From IMG/VR virus record IMGVR_UViG_3300042868_005134, positions 1-64,000 of that record: a stretch of 64,000 nt of DNA; one strand, written 5' to 3'. The position numbers were made by a program, and so were the translations under genes. The notes below the pieces were generated by a model. The model saw only the letters and a list, made by a program, of their open reading frames with translations. It made no database searches and was not told the DNA's origin. Every line of letters begins with the position of its first letter. The stretch's first letter is position 1. This document shows, in pieces, positions 17,835 through 27,359 of this stretch.

Positions 17835-18098
17835 TTAATTGGCAAACACGTTGCCTGAACCGCTAGCTGGATGGCCACATGTGGCAGGATCGCCGGCTCG
17901 ACAAACTGCTATGCCGTTGGCAAATACATTGCCGCTGCCAGCAGCCATTACAGGACTTCTATGTGGGCCGCGGCCGTGGCCTGCTACTGCATCGCCGACT
18001 CGTGCTACAGGACTACCATTGGCAAACACATTACCCGAGCCTTGAATAATGGCTCCACCGGCTGCGTCCGTGCCTGCGTTTCTTGCTATCCCAGGCAT
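17835..18098 (-). CDS. PAAR spike-tip protein
   Basis: GSGNVFANGSPVARVGD and GSGNVFANGIAVCRAGDPATCGH repeats. Confidence 0.9.
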   Translation of the reverse strand: MPGIARNAGTDAAGGAIIQGSGNVFANGSPVARVGDAVAGHGRGPHRSPVMAAGSGNVFANGIAVCRAGDPATCGHPASGSGNVFAN

Positions 18099-18099
18099 G

Positions 18100-18570
18100 T
18101 TAAAACTCCTTGGAAATATTATTTTTGATCAACTCTGAAAGACGTCTTACTTCTATCAACGCTTGAGCGACTTGTTCAGGAGTTGCTGTGGCTCCTGTAG
18201 ATTCTAGAATCTTGGCCTGTTCTATCATCATTCGATATATTGAAACTAATCCAAATACTTCGTACGGTCCAATAAAATGTATGCCGGGACCTTCGCCTAG
18301 CTCTTTCATTTTCTTTTGATAAGTTTCAATGGCTGTTAGTTTACTAGCAATGGTGGTAGTGTTAGTGGCCATTGTTGTTGAGTTAGTGGCCATTGTGCCA
18401 AGGCTAGTTGCTATCAACAATAACGTTGCCGCCGTGGCAGTAGTGTCGATGTCGATGTCAGCCAACTCTTCTCTAACTTGATTTAGATATGTTGATATGT
18501 TACCGTAAACACTGCCATAGTCGTATGTGGGCGGTGCTGCAGGTGCAGGCTCAAATAAGTAAGCAGCCAT
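18100..18570 (-). CDS. Hypothetical protein
   Basis: 156-aa ORF with MATNST/MATNTT repeat. Confidence 0.65.
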   Translation of the reverse strand: MAAYLFEPAPAAPPTYDYGSVYGNISTYLNQVREELADIDIDTTATAATLLLIATSLGTMATNSTTMATNTTTIASKLTAIETYQKKMKELGEGPGIHFIGPYEVFGLVSIYRMMIEQAKILESTGATATPEQVAQALIEVRRLSELIKNNISKEF

Positions 18571-18881
18571 TATGGTATCTCCTTTCCTTCTACACGGATA
18601 CTAAAATTACTAGGGCTATAAAGGTAAATTCCTTCACCAGTTTTCACTAAAACATCATTGAGAATAAATGTTCCTTTGGATGCCAAAGGAAAGTCGTATA
18701 GTATAGATTCCGATTCGCTAGGGCTACTATTTGAAATGCCTAATCGAAAATTTCCGCTTGAGTTACTTCTATTTGTAATATAGATATTACATTGTGTATC
18801 TGCGGCCAAGGCCGCATCCACTAGCGTAAACGTATTAGCAGTACCAGTGTTGATAGCAAGTGTTTTAGAAATAAAGGGCAT
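18570..18881 (-). CDS. Small beta-rich probable virion protein
   Basis: Similar pattern to 51005-51340 (NIYITN...LYDFPL...LVKTGE). Confidence 0.6.
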   Translation of the reverse strand: MPFISKTLAINTGTANTFTLVDAALAADTQCNIYITNRSNSSGNFRLGISNSSPSESESILYDFPLASKGTFILNDVLVKTGEGIYLYSPSNFSIRVEGKEIP

Positions 18882-18888
18882 ATAATAT

Positions 18889-19179
18889 TTATGCTAGGGC
18901 AATACCAGTGGTGCTTTCAATAAACTGCTTGGCAAACTGTTCATCAGTTCCTTCAGCTACTGTAACAGTGGATTTGGCCAATTTGATTTCTCTATCAGGA
19001 CTAACTGTAAACAGGTAGGGCATCAAACCAGGGCCTTTTGGGCCCATGCCAATAACTTGAGGGTTCTTTAACTTGTAATACATTGGGCCGTCTTCCACTA
19101 ACTTGGCCACGATTTCTTCTCCACTGGTCAGTTTAAGTGTGACTACTTCGCCTTCTGTTACGCCTTTTGAAATTAACAT
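18889..19179 (-). CDS. Sm-like fold hypothetical protein
   Basis: VVTLKLTSGEEIVAKL N-terminal motif. Confidence 0.6.
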   Translation of the reverse strand: MLISKGVTEGEVVTLKLTSGEEIVAKLVEDGPMYYKLKNPQVIGMGPKGPGLMPYLFTVSPDREIKLAKSTVTVAEGTDEQFAKQFIESTTGIALA

Positions 19180-19180
19180 A

Positions 19181-19408
19181 TTATACCTTTTCTAAATGTT
19201 GTTTGAGTTCTGTAAATCCGCCGATTAATTGTTCGTCAATAAAAATCTGCGGAACTGTTCGTGCTGAGGGCACTGCTTCTAATAATTCTTCTCGAGTAAA
19301 CCCATCTCCAATTTTCTTCTCTTCAATGATGTATCCTCGTTGTTTTAACAGTGCCTTAGCTTGATCGCAGTAAGGGCAATGATACTTACTCCATACAGTT
19401 GCTTTCAT
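19181..19408 (-). CDS. Glutaredoxin
   Basis: CPYC active site, RTVPQIFID, IGGFTEL; start revised to MKATVW. Confidence 0.92.
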   Translation of the reverse strand: MKATVWSKYHCPYCDQAKALLKQRGYIIEEKKIGDGFTREELLEAVPSARTVPQIFIDEQLIGGFTELKQHLEKV

Positions 19409-19575
19409 TATGCTCGCTCCACTTCCACAATGATACCTGCGCCTGCAAGCTCTTGAGCCACTTGTTCGATAGCTGAACAAAACTCGTCGTCAGCCAGCAT
19501 CAAATCTGCTCCGTCTTTTTCTTTAACCAGTTTACTTAATTTAAGTACAACTACTTCTTCGTGTAATTTTGCCAT
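19408..19575 (-). CDS. Small hypothetical protein (55 aa)
   Basis: Not in track. MAKLHEEVVVLKLSKLVKEKDG...AGAGIIVEVERA; SD AAGGA; TAATG overlap with glutaredoxin. Confidence 0.7.
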   Translation of the reverse strand: MAKLHEEVVVLKLSKLVKEKDGADLMLADDEFCSAIEQVAQELAGAGIIVEVERA

Positions 19576-19593
19576 TTTAATTTCCTTTTATTT

Positions 19594-20694
19594 TTATAAT
19601 GCTGGTAGCGCATCATAGTCGATGCCTTCTCCCATGACTCCAATAACATAGTTAGTGCTTTCGTTTTCTTGTAAGGCTGTTTGCTTCTTGCTAGTATCAC
19701 TATGTTTGTTGAACCAAGGAATCGGTGTGCTCTTAGGAGCAGGACTTTGATATTTGATACCAATATCTTTAAGTGCGCCAACTGCTGTGTAGTCTACAAA
19801 GTCTTTAAGAATGTTAGCGTTAAGACCAATAACTGGACCTTTGTTAAACAAATAGTCCGCCCACTGTTTTTCTTCACGTATCACATCTAGATATAACGCA
19901 TACACTTCGCGTTCACATTCTTTTGCGGCGGTGGTGAAACGAGAGTCTTCTTTGACCACTTGATTGATGATGTACGCTGTCCAGCCTTTGTGTAACAGTT
20001 CGTCTTGTAGAATCAAACTGATAATATTTCCGTTACCAATAAAGATCTTGTTCTCAACCATGGCCAAGCTGGTGGCAAATGAAACCATGAAGCGAAATGC
20101 TTCTAATGCGTAGCTGGCGTGTAGGGCCATGTAAACTGCTCTAACATGTTCTTGTTCAATGACTGCTTGGCCCAATTCTTTTTGACAGTTAATCTTGTGT
20201 AATTCATCATAGTACTTGCCCACACTACTTGCCATGTCTACAATTTCTTTAGTGTCATGAATTGTGTTAAACACATCCTTGGGTACATTGTAGATGTTGC
20301 GAATGATATGACTGTAGCTTTTGCTGTGAATGTTAGTTTCAAAAAAGCCCCAGTTGTACATCAACGCTTCAAGTTCGGGCAGTGAACACACAGGAGTAAA
20401 CACCTGTGTTGGCCCTCTACCTTGCAAACTATCAAGTGCTGTTTGACGTAGTAGGTTGCTAGTAAAAATATGTTTAACGGCATCACTTGCATCCTTAAAA
20501 TCGTTTGCGTCTTTGCTAAGACTAATCTCTTCGGGTTGCCAAAAGAATCCACGGGCAGTACTATCAAAGTCCGCAATCTTTTTATATTTTACTTCTTCGA
20601 ATCGTTGGATAGTAACAGGACCTGCTGGATCTAGAAACATTTTACGATTAAGGTAGTCTGTTTTTGTTGATAAGTTATATTGTGCTTTACTCAT
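19594..20694 (-). CDS. nrdB: Ribonucleotide reductase class Ia beta subunit
   Basis: FFWQPEEI, LDSLQGR, ETNIHSKSY (radical Tyr), LEAFRF, DELLH, QENESTNY. Confidence 0.95.
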   Translation of the reverse strand: MSKAQYNLSTKTDYLNRKMFLDPAGPVTIQRFEEVKYKKIADFDSTARGFFWQPEEISLSKDANDFKDASDAVKHIFTSNLLRQTALDSLQGRGPTQVFTPVCSLPELEALMYNWGFFETNIHSKSYSHIIRNIYNVPKDVFNTIHDTKEIVDMASSVGKYYDELHKINCQKELGQAVIEQEHVRAVYMALHASYALEAFRFMVSFATSLAMVENKIFIGNGNIISLILQDELLHKGWTAYIINQVVKEDSRFTTAAKECEREVYALYLDVIREEKQWADYLFNKGPVIGLNANILKDFVDYTAVGALKDIGIKYQSPAPKSTPIPWFNKHSDTSKKQTALQENESTNYVIGVMGEGIDYDALPAL

Positions 20695-21345
20695 TTAATA
20701 TTTTCCTGATGCAAGTACTATCTTGCAAATGTGTTCTAATCTTTCTATATGCTCGTATGCTCGCCACGGTGTTGTATCGATAGCAACAACTCCGTGTCCT
20801 TTAATACCAACTATGTCGTAGGCAATATTTCCACGGTCATCCAATTCTAACCGATAATGGCATTGATCCGCAAGCTCTTGGCTGATGGGTTTTACATCAC
20901 CTACATTTGGTGCTACTTTAGTATAACGATTGAGTTCTGGAAACGCTGAACTGACTGTGCTCAAATCAATTCCGGCATGCATGGCCGCAATACAGTAAGT
21001 GGGGTGAACGTGTACTACTACACGAACTTCACCGGTGTGCTGTCCCATTTCTTTTTGTAGGCCAAAGTGTAAGGGTAGTTCTCCACTGGGCTTTAAGTTG
21101 GCACTGATTTCAGTATAGGGTAGTTCTTTGCTCGCATGATAAGGACGAGGAGGTTGGTCATAGTATCCTGTCTCAATGCCAATCTTTTTAAACTGGTCTG
21201 GTTGTAGAGTCTGCTTACGCACACCACTGGGTGTGATGTAAAAGTGGTCACGGTCATGATGTCGTATGCTTACGTTACCATCACGACTGGTAATCCAATT
21301 ACGCTTGTAAGCGTCTACCATTATGTCACATATAGTTTCTAACAC
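20695..21345 (-). CDS. Class II aldolase/adducin family protein
   Basis: SRDGNVS, ITPSG, PSGELPLH, VVHVHP, GHGVVA. Confidence 0.85.
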   Translation of the reverse strand: MLETICDIMVDAYKRNWITSRDGNVSIRHHDRDHFYITPSGVRKQTLQPDQFKKIGIETGYYDQPPRPYHASKELPYTEISANLKPSGELPLHFGLQKEMGQHTGEVRVVVHVHPTYCIAAMHAGIDLSTVSSAFPELNRYTKVAPNVGDVKPISQELADQCHYRLELDDRGNIAYDIVGIKGHGVVAIDTTPWRAYEHIERLEHICKIVLASGKY

Positions 21346-21543
21346 TTATTCATGTCCTCTGTGAATTAATTGATTAACCATATTGAGATCAAACTCCAAC
21401 TTAGAAATTTGATCTCGTGCCTGTTGATACTCTATGCTATGAACATCACCGTCATTGGTAACAATGTTCAAATACATATTTGAGGCACGGTCGTGCGCTT
21501 CTTTGAGATCGCGTTCTAATAATACTCTTCTATCTTTTAACAT
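21346..21543 (-). CDS. Hypothetical protein
   Basis: 65-aa ORF filling the gap in the nrd operon. Confidence 0.6.
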   Translation of the reverse strand: MLKDRRVLLERDLKEAHDRASNMYLNIVTNDGDVHSIEYQQARDQISKLEFDLNMVNQLIHRGHE

Positions 21544-21552
21544 ATCGATTCC

Positions 21553-23874
21553 TTAGAGCTTGCAAGATTCACAGTCTTCTTCGTCATCAAAGTTAATAGG
21601 CTCTAACATTGTTGGCGCAATTTCAGCAGCCATCTTACTGCCTGCTTTGTTAATCAAACTATAGTAGAAAGTTTTTAAGCCCCACATGTGTGACTGCATT
21701 AAATTCTTAGCAATCAACGTAGTTGGCACTTTGCGATCCGCGAAGTGCGCTGGGTTGTAGAATGTGTTAGTGCTGATTGATTGGTCCACATAGGCTGCGA
21801 TCACCGCACTAGTCTTTAAATAGCCTTCACAATCTTTTTGTTCCCACATGAGTTGATATTTGTTCTTTAACTTATGGTACTCAGGTACAACCTGTACAAA
21901 TGATCCTGCCTTACTTTCTTTAACGCTAATCAAGCTCATGGGCATTTCTATGCCATTGGTGCTGTTAATGACAACACTTGAGCTTTCAACTGGAGCAACT
22001 GCCATTTGAGTAGCATTACGAACACCATGTTCTTTCATTTGACCACGTAGTGTTTCCCAATCTAGTTCCGGAGCAAAGTCTGTTAGTTCATTAGCACCTT
22101 TAGCACGAGTCTCCCATGGGAAGGTTCCTTTACCATATCTTGTGTGGTCGCTGCCTTCACAACGACCACGTTCCTTGGCCAGTTCAACTGACGCTTCAGT
22201 TAGATAGAACGCTTGATGTTCCATCCACGATTTAACTTCAGCTAACGAATCTTTCTCTCCATACTTCAAACTACGTTTGGCATGCCAGTAGGCTAGATTA
22301 GTAATACCAATACCCAGGGGGCGAATTTCATCATTGCTCAACTTACTTTGAATACTCAGGAAGTCCTGGTAATCAAGGATATTGTTAAGACTGCGGTGAA
22401 GTATACGGCAAGCCCTACGCATATCTTCTGGATTACGGAAAGCTCCCCAGTTAATACTACCCAACGTGCATAAAGCAATGCGACCATCAGCATCATCGAG
22501 ACGTTTAAAAGACTTAGTAGGTAATAGGATTTCACAGCAAAGGTTACTCTGGTAAATTGTATGATACTCTGGATCAAAAGGTCCTTGGTTCATGACGTTG
22601 TCAATGAACACTAGATAGATACGTCCTGTATCTGTACGTTCTTTTAAGATGCCACTCTTGAATACTTCTTCAGCACTCATTGTTTTCTTACGAAGTCCTG
22701 ATTGCTTTTCGTACTTAACATACAGCTCTTCGAATCGTTCAGTATTTTGATAGAACGCTTCGTACAAGTCTGGCACTTCGTTAGGATCAAAGAATGTTAT
22801 TTGTTCTTTGTTTTTAAATCGTCTCCAGAAGAAAGCACTAAGCACAACCCCATAATCCATATGACGGACTCGGGTTTCTTCTGTTCCTTGGTTGTTCTTA
22901 AGTACAATAAGATCATCAAACTGATGATGCCAAATAGGATAAAATACAGTAGCACTTGCATTACGAATACCTCCCTGTGAGCATGAGCGCAAATCACCGA
23001 ACCATTTTTTCAGGAATGGTATCATACCTGTGTGCATAATCTCACCGCCTCGGATGGGACTACCTAACGGACGTAGCCGCCCGATCTCCAAACCAATGCC
23101 GGCACGTTTGCTGGCATACTTGGCCATCATCTCGCCCGAAGCAAAGATACTGTCTAGATCATCATCCGAACGAATGAGTACGCAAGAGCTAAACTGTTTA
23201 GTAGGAGTACCAAGGCCAGCCAATACAGGAGTAGCAAGAGTAAAAAGTCCATCGCTTGCGGCGTTGTAATATTCTTTGATATAGCGCATACGAGCACTGT
23301 TAGGTTCTTCTGTATGGAACACAGTAGCGGCCGCCACCATATATCTAATTTGTGGAGTTTCATATGTTTGTTTTGTACTGCGGTTCTTAACCAAGTACTT
23401 CTCTATTAATTGTTCAATTGCGGCGTACCCGTACTCTTCATCTTTGTCATGCTGAAGCATGTCATCCATTCGACTCCAATCTTCTTCAGTATACCATACA
23501 AGTAATTCTGGAGTATATAAACCAATCTCAACATTTTTCTTTACAACTTCGTAAAGGTGTGGTACTTCGTAGCTGCCGTAAACATCTTTGCGAAGCATAC
23601 TGAGTCGTTGCTTGCCTGCTACGTATTGATAGTTTGTATGTCCAACGTCAGGATTATTTTCCACATCAATAAGATCCACTATGGCTCTTAGTGTGATTTC
23701 GTCAATTTCTTGTGTGGTGATACCATCATAAAAGTGCGGCTGACTTTTGATCTCAATCATGCTTTGACTAACATCTGCTATACCTTTACAAACTTTGGCA
23801 ATCTGAGTTTGCCATTTTTCAATCATTAGGTATTCTTTTTTGCCGCTTCTTTTTATTACAGTTATGTTCGTCAT
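21553..23874 (-). CDS. nrdA: Ribonucleotide reductase class Ia alpha subunit
   Basis: ATP-cone start VIKRSG, FSSCVL, SQGGIR, SNLCCEI, GLKTFYY, C-terminal CESC. Confidence 0.96.
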   Translation of the reverse strand: MTNITVIKRSGKKEYLMIEKWQTQIAKVCKGIADVSQSMIEIKSQPHFYDGITTQEIDEITLRAIVDLIDVENNPDVGHTNYQYVAGKQRLSMLRKDVYGSYEVPHLYEVVKKNVEIGLYTPELLVWYTEEDWSRMDDMLQHDKDEEYGYAAIEQLIEKYLVKNRSTKQTYETPQIRYMVAAATVFHTEEPNSARMRYIKEYYNAASDGLFTLATPVLAGLGTPTKQFSSCVLIRSDDDLDSIFASGEMMAKYASKRAGIGLEIGRLRPLGSPIRGGEIMHTGMIPFLKKWFGDLRSCSQGGIRNASATVFYPIWHHQFDDLIVLKNNQGTEETRVRHMDYGVVLSAFFWRRFKNKEQITFFDPNEVPDLYEAFYQNTERFEELYVKYEKQSGLRKKTMSAEEVFKSGILKERTDTGRIYLVFIDNVMNQGPFDPEYHTIYQSNLCCEILLPTKSFKRLDDADGRIALCTLGSINWGAFRNPEDMRRACRILHRSLNNILDYQDFLSIQSKLSNDEIRPLGIGITNLAYWHAKRSLKYGEKDSLAEVKSWMEHQAFYLTEASVELAKERGRCEGSDHTRYGKGTFPWETRAKGANELTDFAPELDWETLRGQMKEHGVRNATQMAVAPVESSSVVINSTNGIEMPMSLISVKESKAGSFVQVVPEYHKLKNKYQLMWEQKDCEGYLKTSAVIAAYVDQSISTNTFYNPAHFADRKVPTTLIAKNLMQSHMWGLKTFYYSLINKAGSKMAAEIAPTMLEPINFDDEEDCESCKL

Positions 23875-23939
23875 TGTTATTCTCAGTGTCCTCTGTTGCT
23901 AGACAATTCCAGCCAAAATGCTTTTAATAGAAAACTTAT

Positions 23940-24374
23940 TTAGTGAAGTGGCGGCATCACATAAATCTTTAAATCTGTTAGGGTTTCCGGTAGTGCGTGA
24001 GCCGATATCCAGCCCTCTGTGTCGTACCCATAGATCTTATCATCTAAGCAAAGTAAATAATACACTGTTTTAATGTTTTTGTCTAGTGATATTTTTATCA
24101 ACGGAGTACTATTTTTAAAATGACTAGTTAATTGAAGTGTATAACATATTGCCAAAACTATATTGAATGGGCAATATTCATTTTCGTCTATTAATTCCCA
24201 TGCGGTGGGCCAAGTTGATTGGTCGTATGGATCTGTGTATATTTTTACTTTTGGAACTTGTTGAAAGTAATTGTGTACATCTTCCATGGGCATAGAAGAT
24301 GTTTCCAAACGTTGCCTAAAGTCGTACCAATCAGTTAATCTATGTTTAGATTTTCTATCTACATCTTTGAACAT
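23940..24374 (-). CDS. Hypothetical protein
   Basis: 144-aa ORF, DPYDQSTWPTAWELI motif. Confidence 0.7.
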   Translation of the reverse strand: MFKDVDRKSKHRLTDWYDFRQRLETSSMPMEDVHNYFQQVPKVKIYTDPYDQSTWPTAWELIDENEYCPFNIVLAICYTLQLTSHFKNSTPLIKISLDKNIKTVYYLLCLDDKIYGYDTEGWISAHALPETLTDLKIYVMPPLH

Positions 24375-26290
24375 TAGCTAATAGCTGAGTATGAGTATGT
24401 GAATGTGTTAACATCACCAATATTGTCATTGGTGTAATATACTACTACAGTTTTCACACTGCTGGTAGTAACAACTTGAGCACTTAATGTGATGCGACTA
24501 TCTTCTGAAGGTGTTCCTACATATTCGTATTCGTCAACTAACTGTACAGTGCTGTTATTTTTATCAACTGCAATGTGTAGTTTTCCCTTGCGCATCTGTG
24601 TAAAGTTTGTGCTTTGAAATACATAATCAACTTCAAATCCACTACTGGTGTTAAGTGGCAATCTAAAGGCTTGTGCGTTAGTGGTTGCGTATAGCAAGCT
24701 AATGGTTGTTGGCATATTTTGTTGTAGTTGAGCATGACCTTCTATTTCAGGAATATATGCTTCAGCCCAATTGCCTGTGGCTAACTCGATTGCTCTATCA
24801 AAGCTGTCTTGTAAACTGCTGTTGCCTGCTGTGGTAAATTTGATTTGTCCGTATAGATTATTTGCGTTGCCGCCGCCGTTGTTACCCACATCAATATAGG
24901 TATTTGCCTGTGAACGATTGCCGTACCCCTTGTCAACTAACAATCCATATTGACTGATTGTGTCAAACAAACTGTTACTCACAGTGTTCTTGCGTGGTCC
25001 AGGATCTCCGCTGCCAGTGCCTTCCCCAAAACTTACACCTTTCTGTAATGTTTTGAATACACAGTCATCGAAATGGTTGTGTATGATGTTGGTGTTAGAA
25101 TAGGCACCATAGGTAAACCCGTCTGCTTCTATGCCTATAAACTTATTTCGTTGCGTTGTTACCACTGAACTAGTTGCTTGTAGTTCCATGGCAATACTGT
25201 TAGCGACTGCGCCGTCTGCGTGTACCCATGTGCCAGATGTTCGTAAGTTTACGAATTCACTGTCTCTCACATTAACAATATAAAAAGATCTAATACCGTC
25301 CACATTGGTGGTCACGCTAAAGTCTTTTAAAAGAACATCTCTAACTTGATTGTTGTAGGTAGTTGGGCTGGTATTTCTACTAAGCACAGTACTGGTGTTG
25401 TTTACAAACTCAAACACTGTAGTGGTATTAAACACTGGGTAATCATAAGCACCTGCTTCGTTACTGCCTAAAGTGATTGTTAAATCGTTTGCCGGTGTTG
25501 CGCCGCCAAGTGCAGTGCCCAACACTTTGATGACATCGCCAATAGCGTATCCACTACCGCTGTTTAGAACTGTTATCTGTGTATTCGAAGTTTGATATGT
25601 TGAACTACCCGCGCTAGTTCTAGTTATGGCAAGAATTGCTCCGCTGCCACTGCCGGTTACTGCGGCAGTGGCCACTGTTGGGTAACTGGCAGTGGCTCCT
25701 GATGCCACGGCAATGGCCACTCCAGGTGTTAGTGCTAGACTGGTACCAGTGTTAATGCCACCTTTTACAAAGTTAAACACAGTGTGATTTTTGCCCGATC
25801 CGATAAGTCTCACATAGCTGGGAATATACAATGTTCCTGTAATTCTATAGGTACCTGGATCAAATTCAATTGCCACTCGATTTGAAGCAGTGACTGTGAT
25901 GTATACACTGTTGATAGCATTTTGTATTAGTGCTGTTTGATCCACTGCGCTATTCAGCCCGCTGATGCCAAAACTGGCAGCATTAACTCTACCTTCGTCT
26001 AGTCGTTGTTGTACAGTGCGTTCAGTAACATTGCCATTGAGCCCTGTTAGTATTGATGTGTCGGCGGGCTTATATTTGTATTGATCTAACAGATCGAGAA
26101 TGCTATCGTGTTCTGTAAGAATTTTAGTGTTTCCCACTAGAGGTGCGCCTTCGCTGACAGCGCCGTTACCCACGTACAATTCCTGTGTATCAATGGCCCA
26201 AGCCATTTCACCACTGGCCAACTGTGGAAGACCTGAATCTAATTTCTTCCCGCGTCTTAATTGAATTTTACTTATTTGGACAACAGCCAT
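24374..26290 (-). CDS. Virion structural protein with pectate-lyase-like beta-helix
   Basis: MAVVQISKIQLRRG...LPQLASGEMAWAID N-terminus; DQTALIQNAI...FDPGTYRITGTLYIP. Confidence 0.7.
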   Translation of the reverse strand: MAVVQISKIQLRRGKKLDSGLPQLASGEMAWAIDTQELYVGNGAVSEGAPLVGNTKILTEHDSILDLLDQYKYKPADTSILTGLNGNVTERTVQQRLDEGRVNAASFGISGLNSAVDQTALIQNAINSVYITVTASNRVAIEFDPGTYRITGTLYIPSYVRLIGSGKNHTVFNFVKGGINTGTSLALTPGVAIAVASGATASYPTVATAAVTGSGSGAILAITRTSAGSSTYQTSNTQITVLNSGSGYAIGDVIKVLGTALGGATPANDLTITLGSNEAGAYDYPVFNTTTVFEFVNNTSTVLSRNTSPTTYNNQVRDVLLKDFSVTTNVDGIRSFYIVNVRDSEFVNLRTSGTWVHADGAVANSIAMELQATSSVVTTQRNKFIGIEADGFTYGAYSNTNIIHNHFDDCVFKTLQKGVSFGEGTGSGDPGPRKNTVSNSLFDTISQYGLLVDKGYGNRSQANTYIDVGNNGGGNANNLYGQIKFTTAGNSSLQDSFDRAIELATGNWAEAYIPEIEGHAQLQQNMPTTISLLYATTNAQAFRLPLNTSSGFEVDYVFQSTNFTQMRKGKLHIAVDKNNSTVQLVDEYEYVGTPSEDSRITLSAQVVTTSSVKTVVVYYTNDNIGDVNTFTYSYSAIS

Positions 26291-26313
26291 AATATATCCT
26301 CTTTATACGATAT

Positions 26314-27003
26314 TTAGCTGTTTTCCCTGTAGTATTGTTCCACACGCTTACACCATTCTTCAGTCCAGTAGTCAAAGTCTTTGGGTTCTAGCGTAAACTC
26401 TTGATATTCAAAGTCCTTGCTACACATCAGGATAACACCTTTGCGTATGTTAGTGCCGTGTACTTCATTGTGTGCCAGCGCATAGGCTGTTAACTGTAGG
26501 AAGTAGTCGCTGATGTATTCTAGTTTCTTGGGCTTGTTGGTTTGTTTAAAGTCAAGAATACTTTGGTCACCGGCATGTACTCCCACACAGTCAGTAGTTC
26601 CCGCATATAGTTCAGGAAAGTACAAGGGCACTTCACTGCCCCATACTTCAGTAACATTCTTCATGCCTTCAGCAATAACAATACTTGCCATCTTGTGGCT
26701 TTGTTGACTAAAAGGATTTGTGCCTGGATCGTTGATATTACCCTGCTTGACAAAGTCCTCTAGGAACTTGTGCATTCGTGTTCCACGATTGGCAGCTTCT
26801 GTGGTAATCTCTTGTGCCTTCTTTTCGCCCACTGCTTTCCTCCAGTTGGCTAACGCAATGCGTGATTCAGCAGGCTTGGTTTTGTCTAGGATGGTTGTAA
26901 CACTGGGAACTTTTGAACCATCAGGTGTTGCGTACAATCGCTTGCCCTGGGATTCGTCTCTGGCTAATTTGGTATATTGGTATCGTTCAATTAATAATGT
27001 CAT
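26314..27003 (-). CDS. PD-(D/E)xK exonuclease (MGME1/ExoA-like)
   Basis: PSVTTIL, RGTRMH, YAGTTD, ILDFKQT, YFLQLTAYA. Confidence 0.85.
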   Translation of the reverse strand: MTLLIERYQYTKLARDESQGKRLYATPDGSKVPSVTTILDKTKPAESRIALANWRKAVGEKKAQEITTEAANRGTRMHKFLEDFVKQGNINDPGTNPFSQQSHKMASIVIAEGMKNVTEVWGSEVPLYFPELYAGTTDCVGVHAGDQSILDFKQTNKPKKLEYISDYFLQLTAYALAHNEVHGTNIRKGVILMCSKDFEYQEFTLEPKDFDYWTEEWCKRVEQYYRENS

Positions 27004-27008
27004 AGTGT

Positions 27009-27037
27009 ATTATATAGCACTACGACATTAAAGTCAA
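27009..27037 (-). promoter_or_regulatory. Sigma70-type promoter, probably giving a leaderless mRNA
   Basis: TTGACT-17 nt-TATAAT; ATG 5 nt downstream. Confidence 0.6.
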
Positions 27038-27345
27038 CCTACCATCTTGGCGGCGGCACGTTTGGCAGCGGCATTTACACCTGCCTTGGCCTTGTCCTTG
27101 TCACTGGGTGTGCCAGGTTCTTGTTTTTTAGCTTTGGTTTTGATAGTGATGCCATTTTCGTCGAAGTTGTCAACTAGCTCTTTTAGAGCAGGGTTAGCAT
27201 CAAATTGTGCTTTGAACGCATCATAGTCAACTTCTTGACCTGTTGTGTTCTGCATCATTTTGGAAACAGCGGGCCACGAGAATTGAGCTGTAACGCCCTT
27301 GCTGTCGGCACGGCTTTGAAGATTAGAAAGGATGCGGATAATCAT
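27034..27345 (-). CDS. Hypothetical protein, possibly made as a -1 frameshift fusion to the upstream ORF
   Basis: Frame is open back to the A10 run (KKINEDAD-MIIRIL). Confidence 0.65.
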   Translation of the reverse strand: MIIRILSNLQSRADSKGVTAQFSWPAVSKMMQNTTGQEVDYDAFKAQFDANPALKELVDNFDENGITIKTKAKKQEPGTPSDKDKAKAGVNAAAKRAAAKMVG

Positions 27346-27359
27346 ATCCGCATCTTCAT

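Noticed and set aside
26314-27003. Cas4 / CRISPR adaptation gene
   Set aside because: Lacks the four-Cys Fe-S pattern and any CRISPR context; fits a generic phage exonuclease
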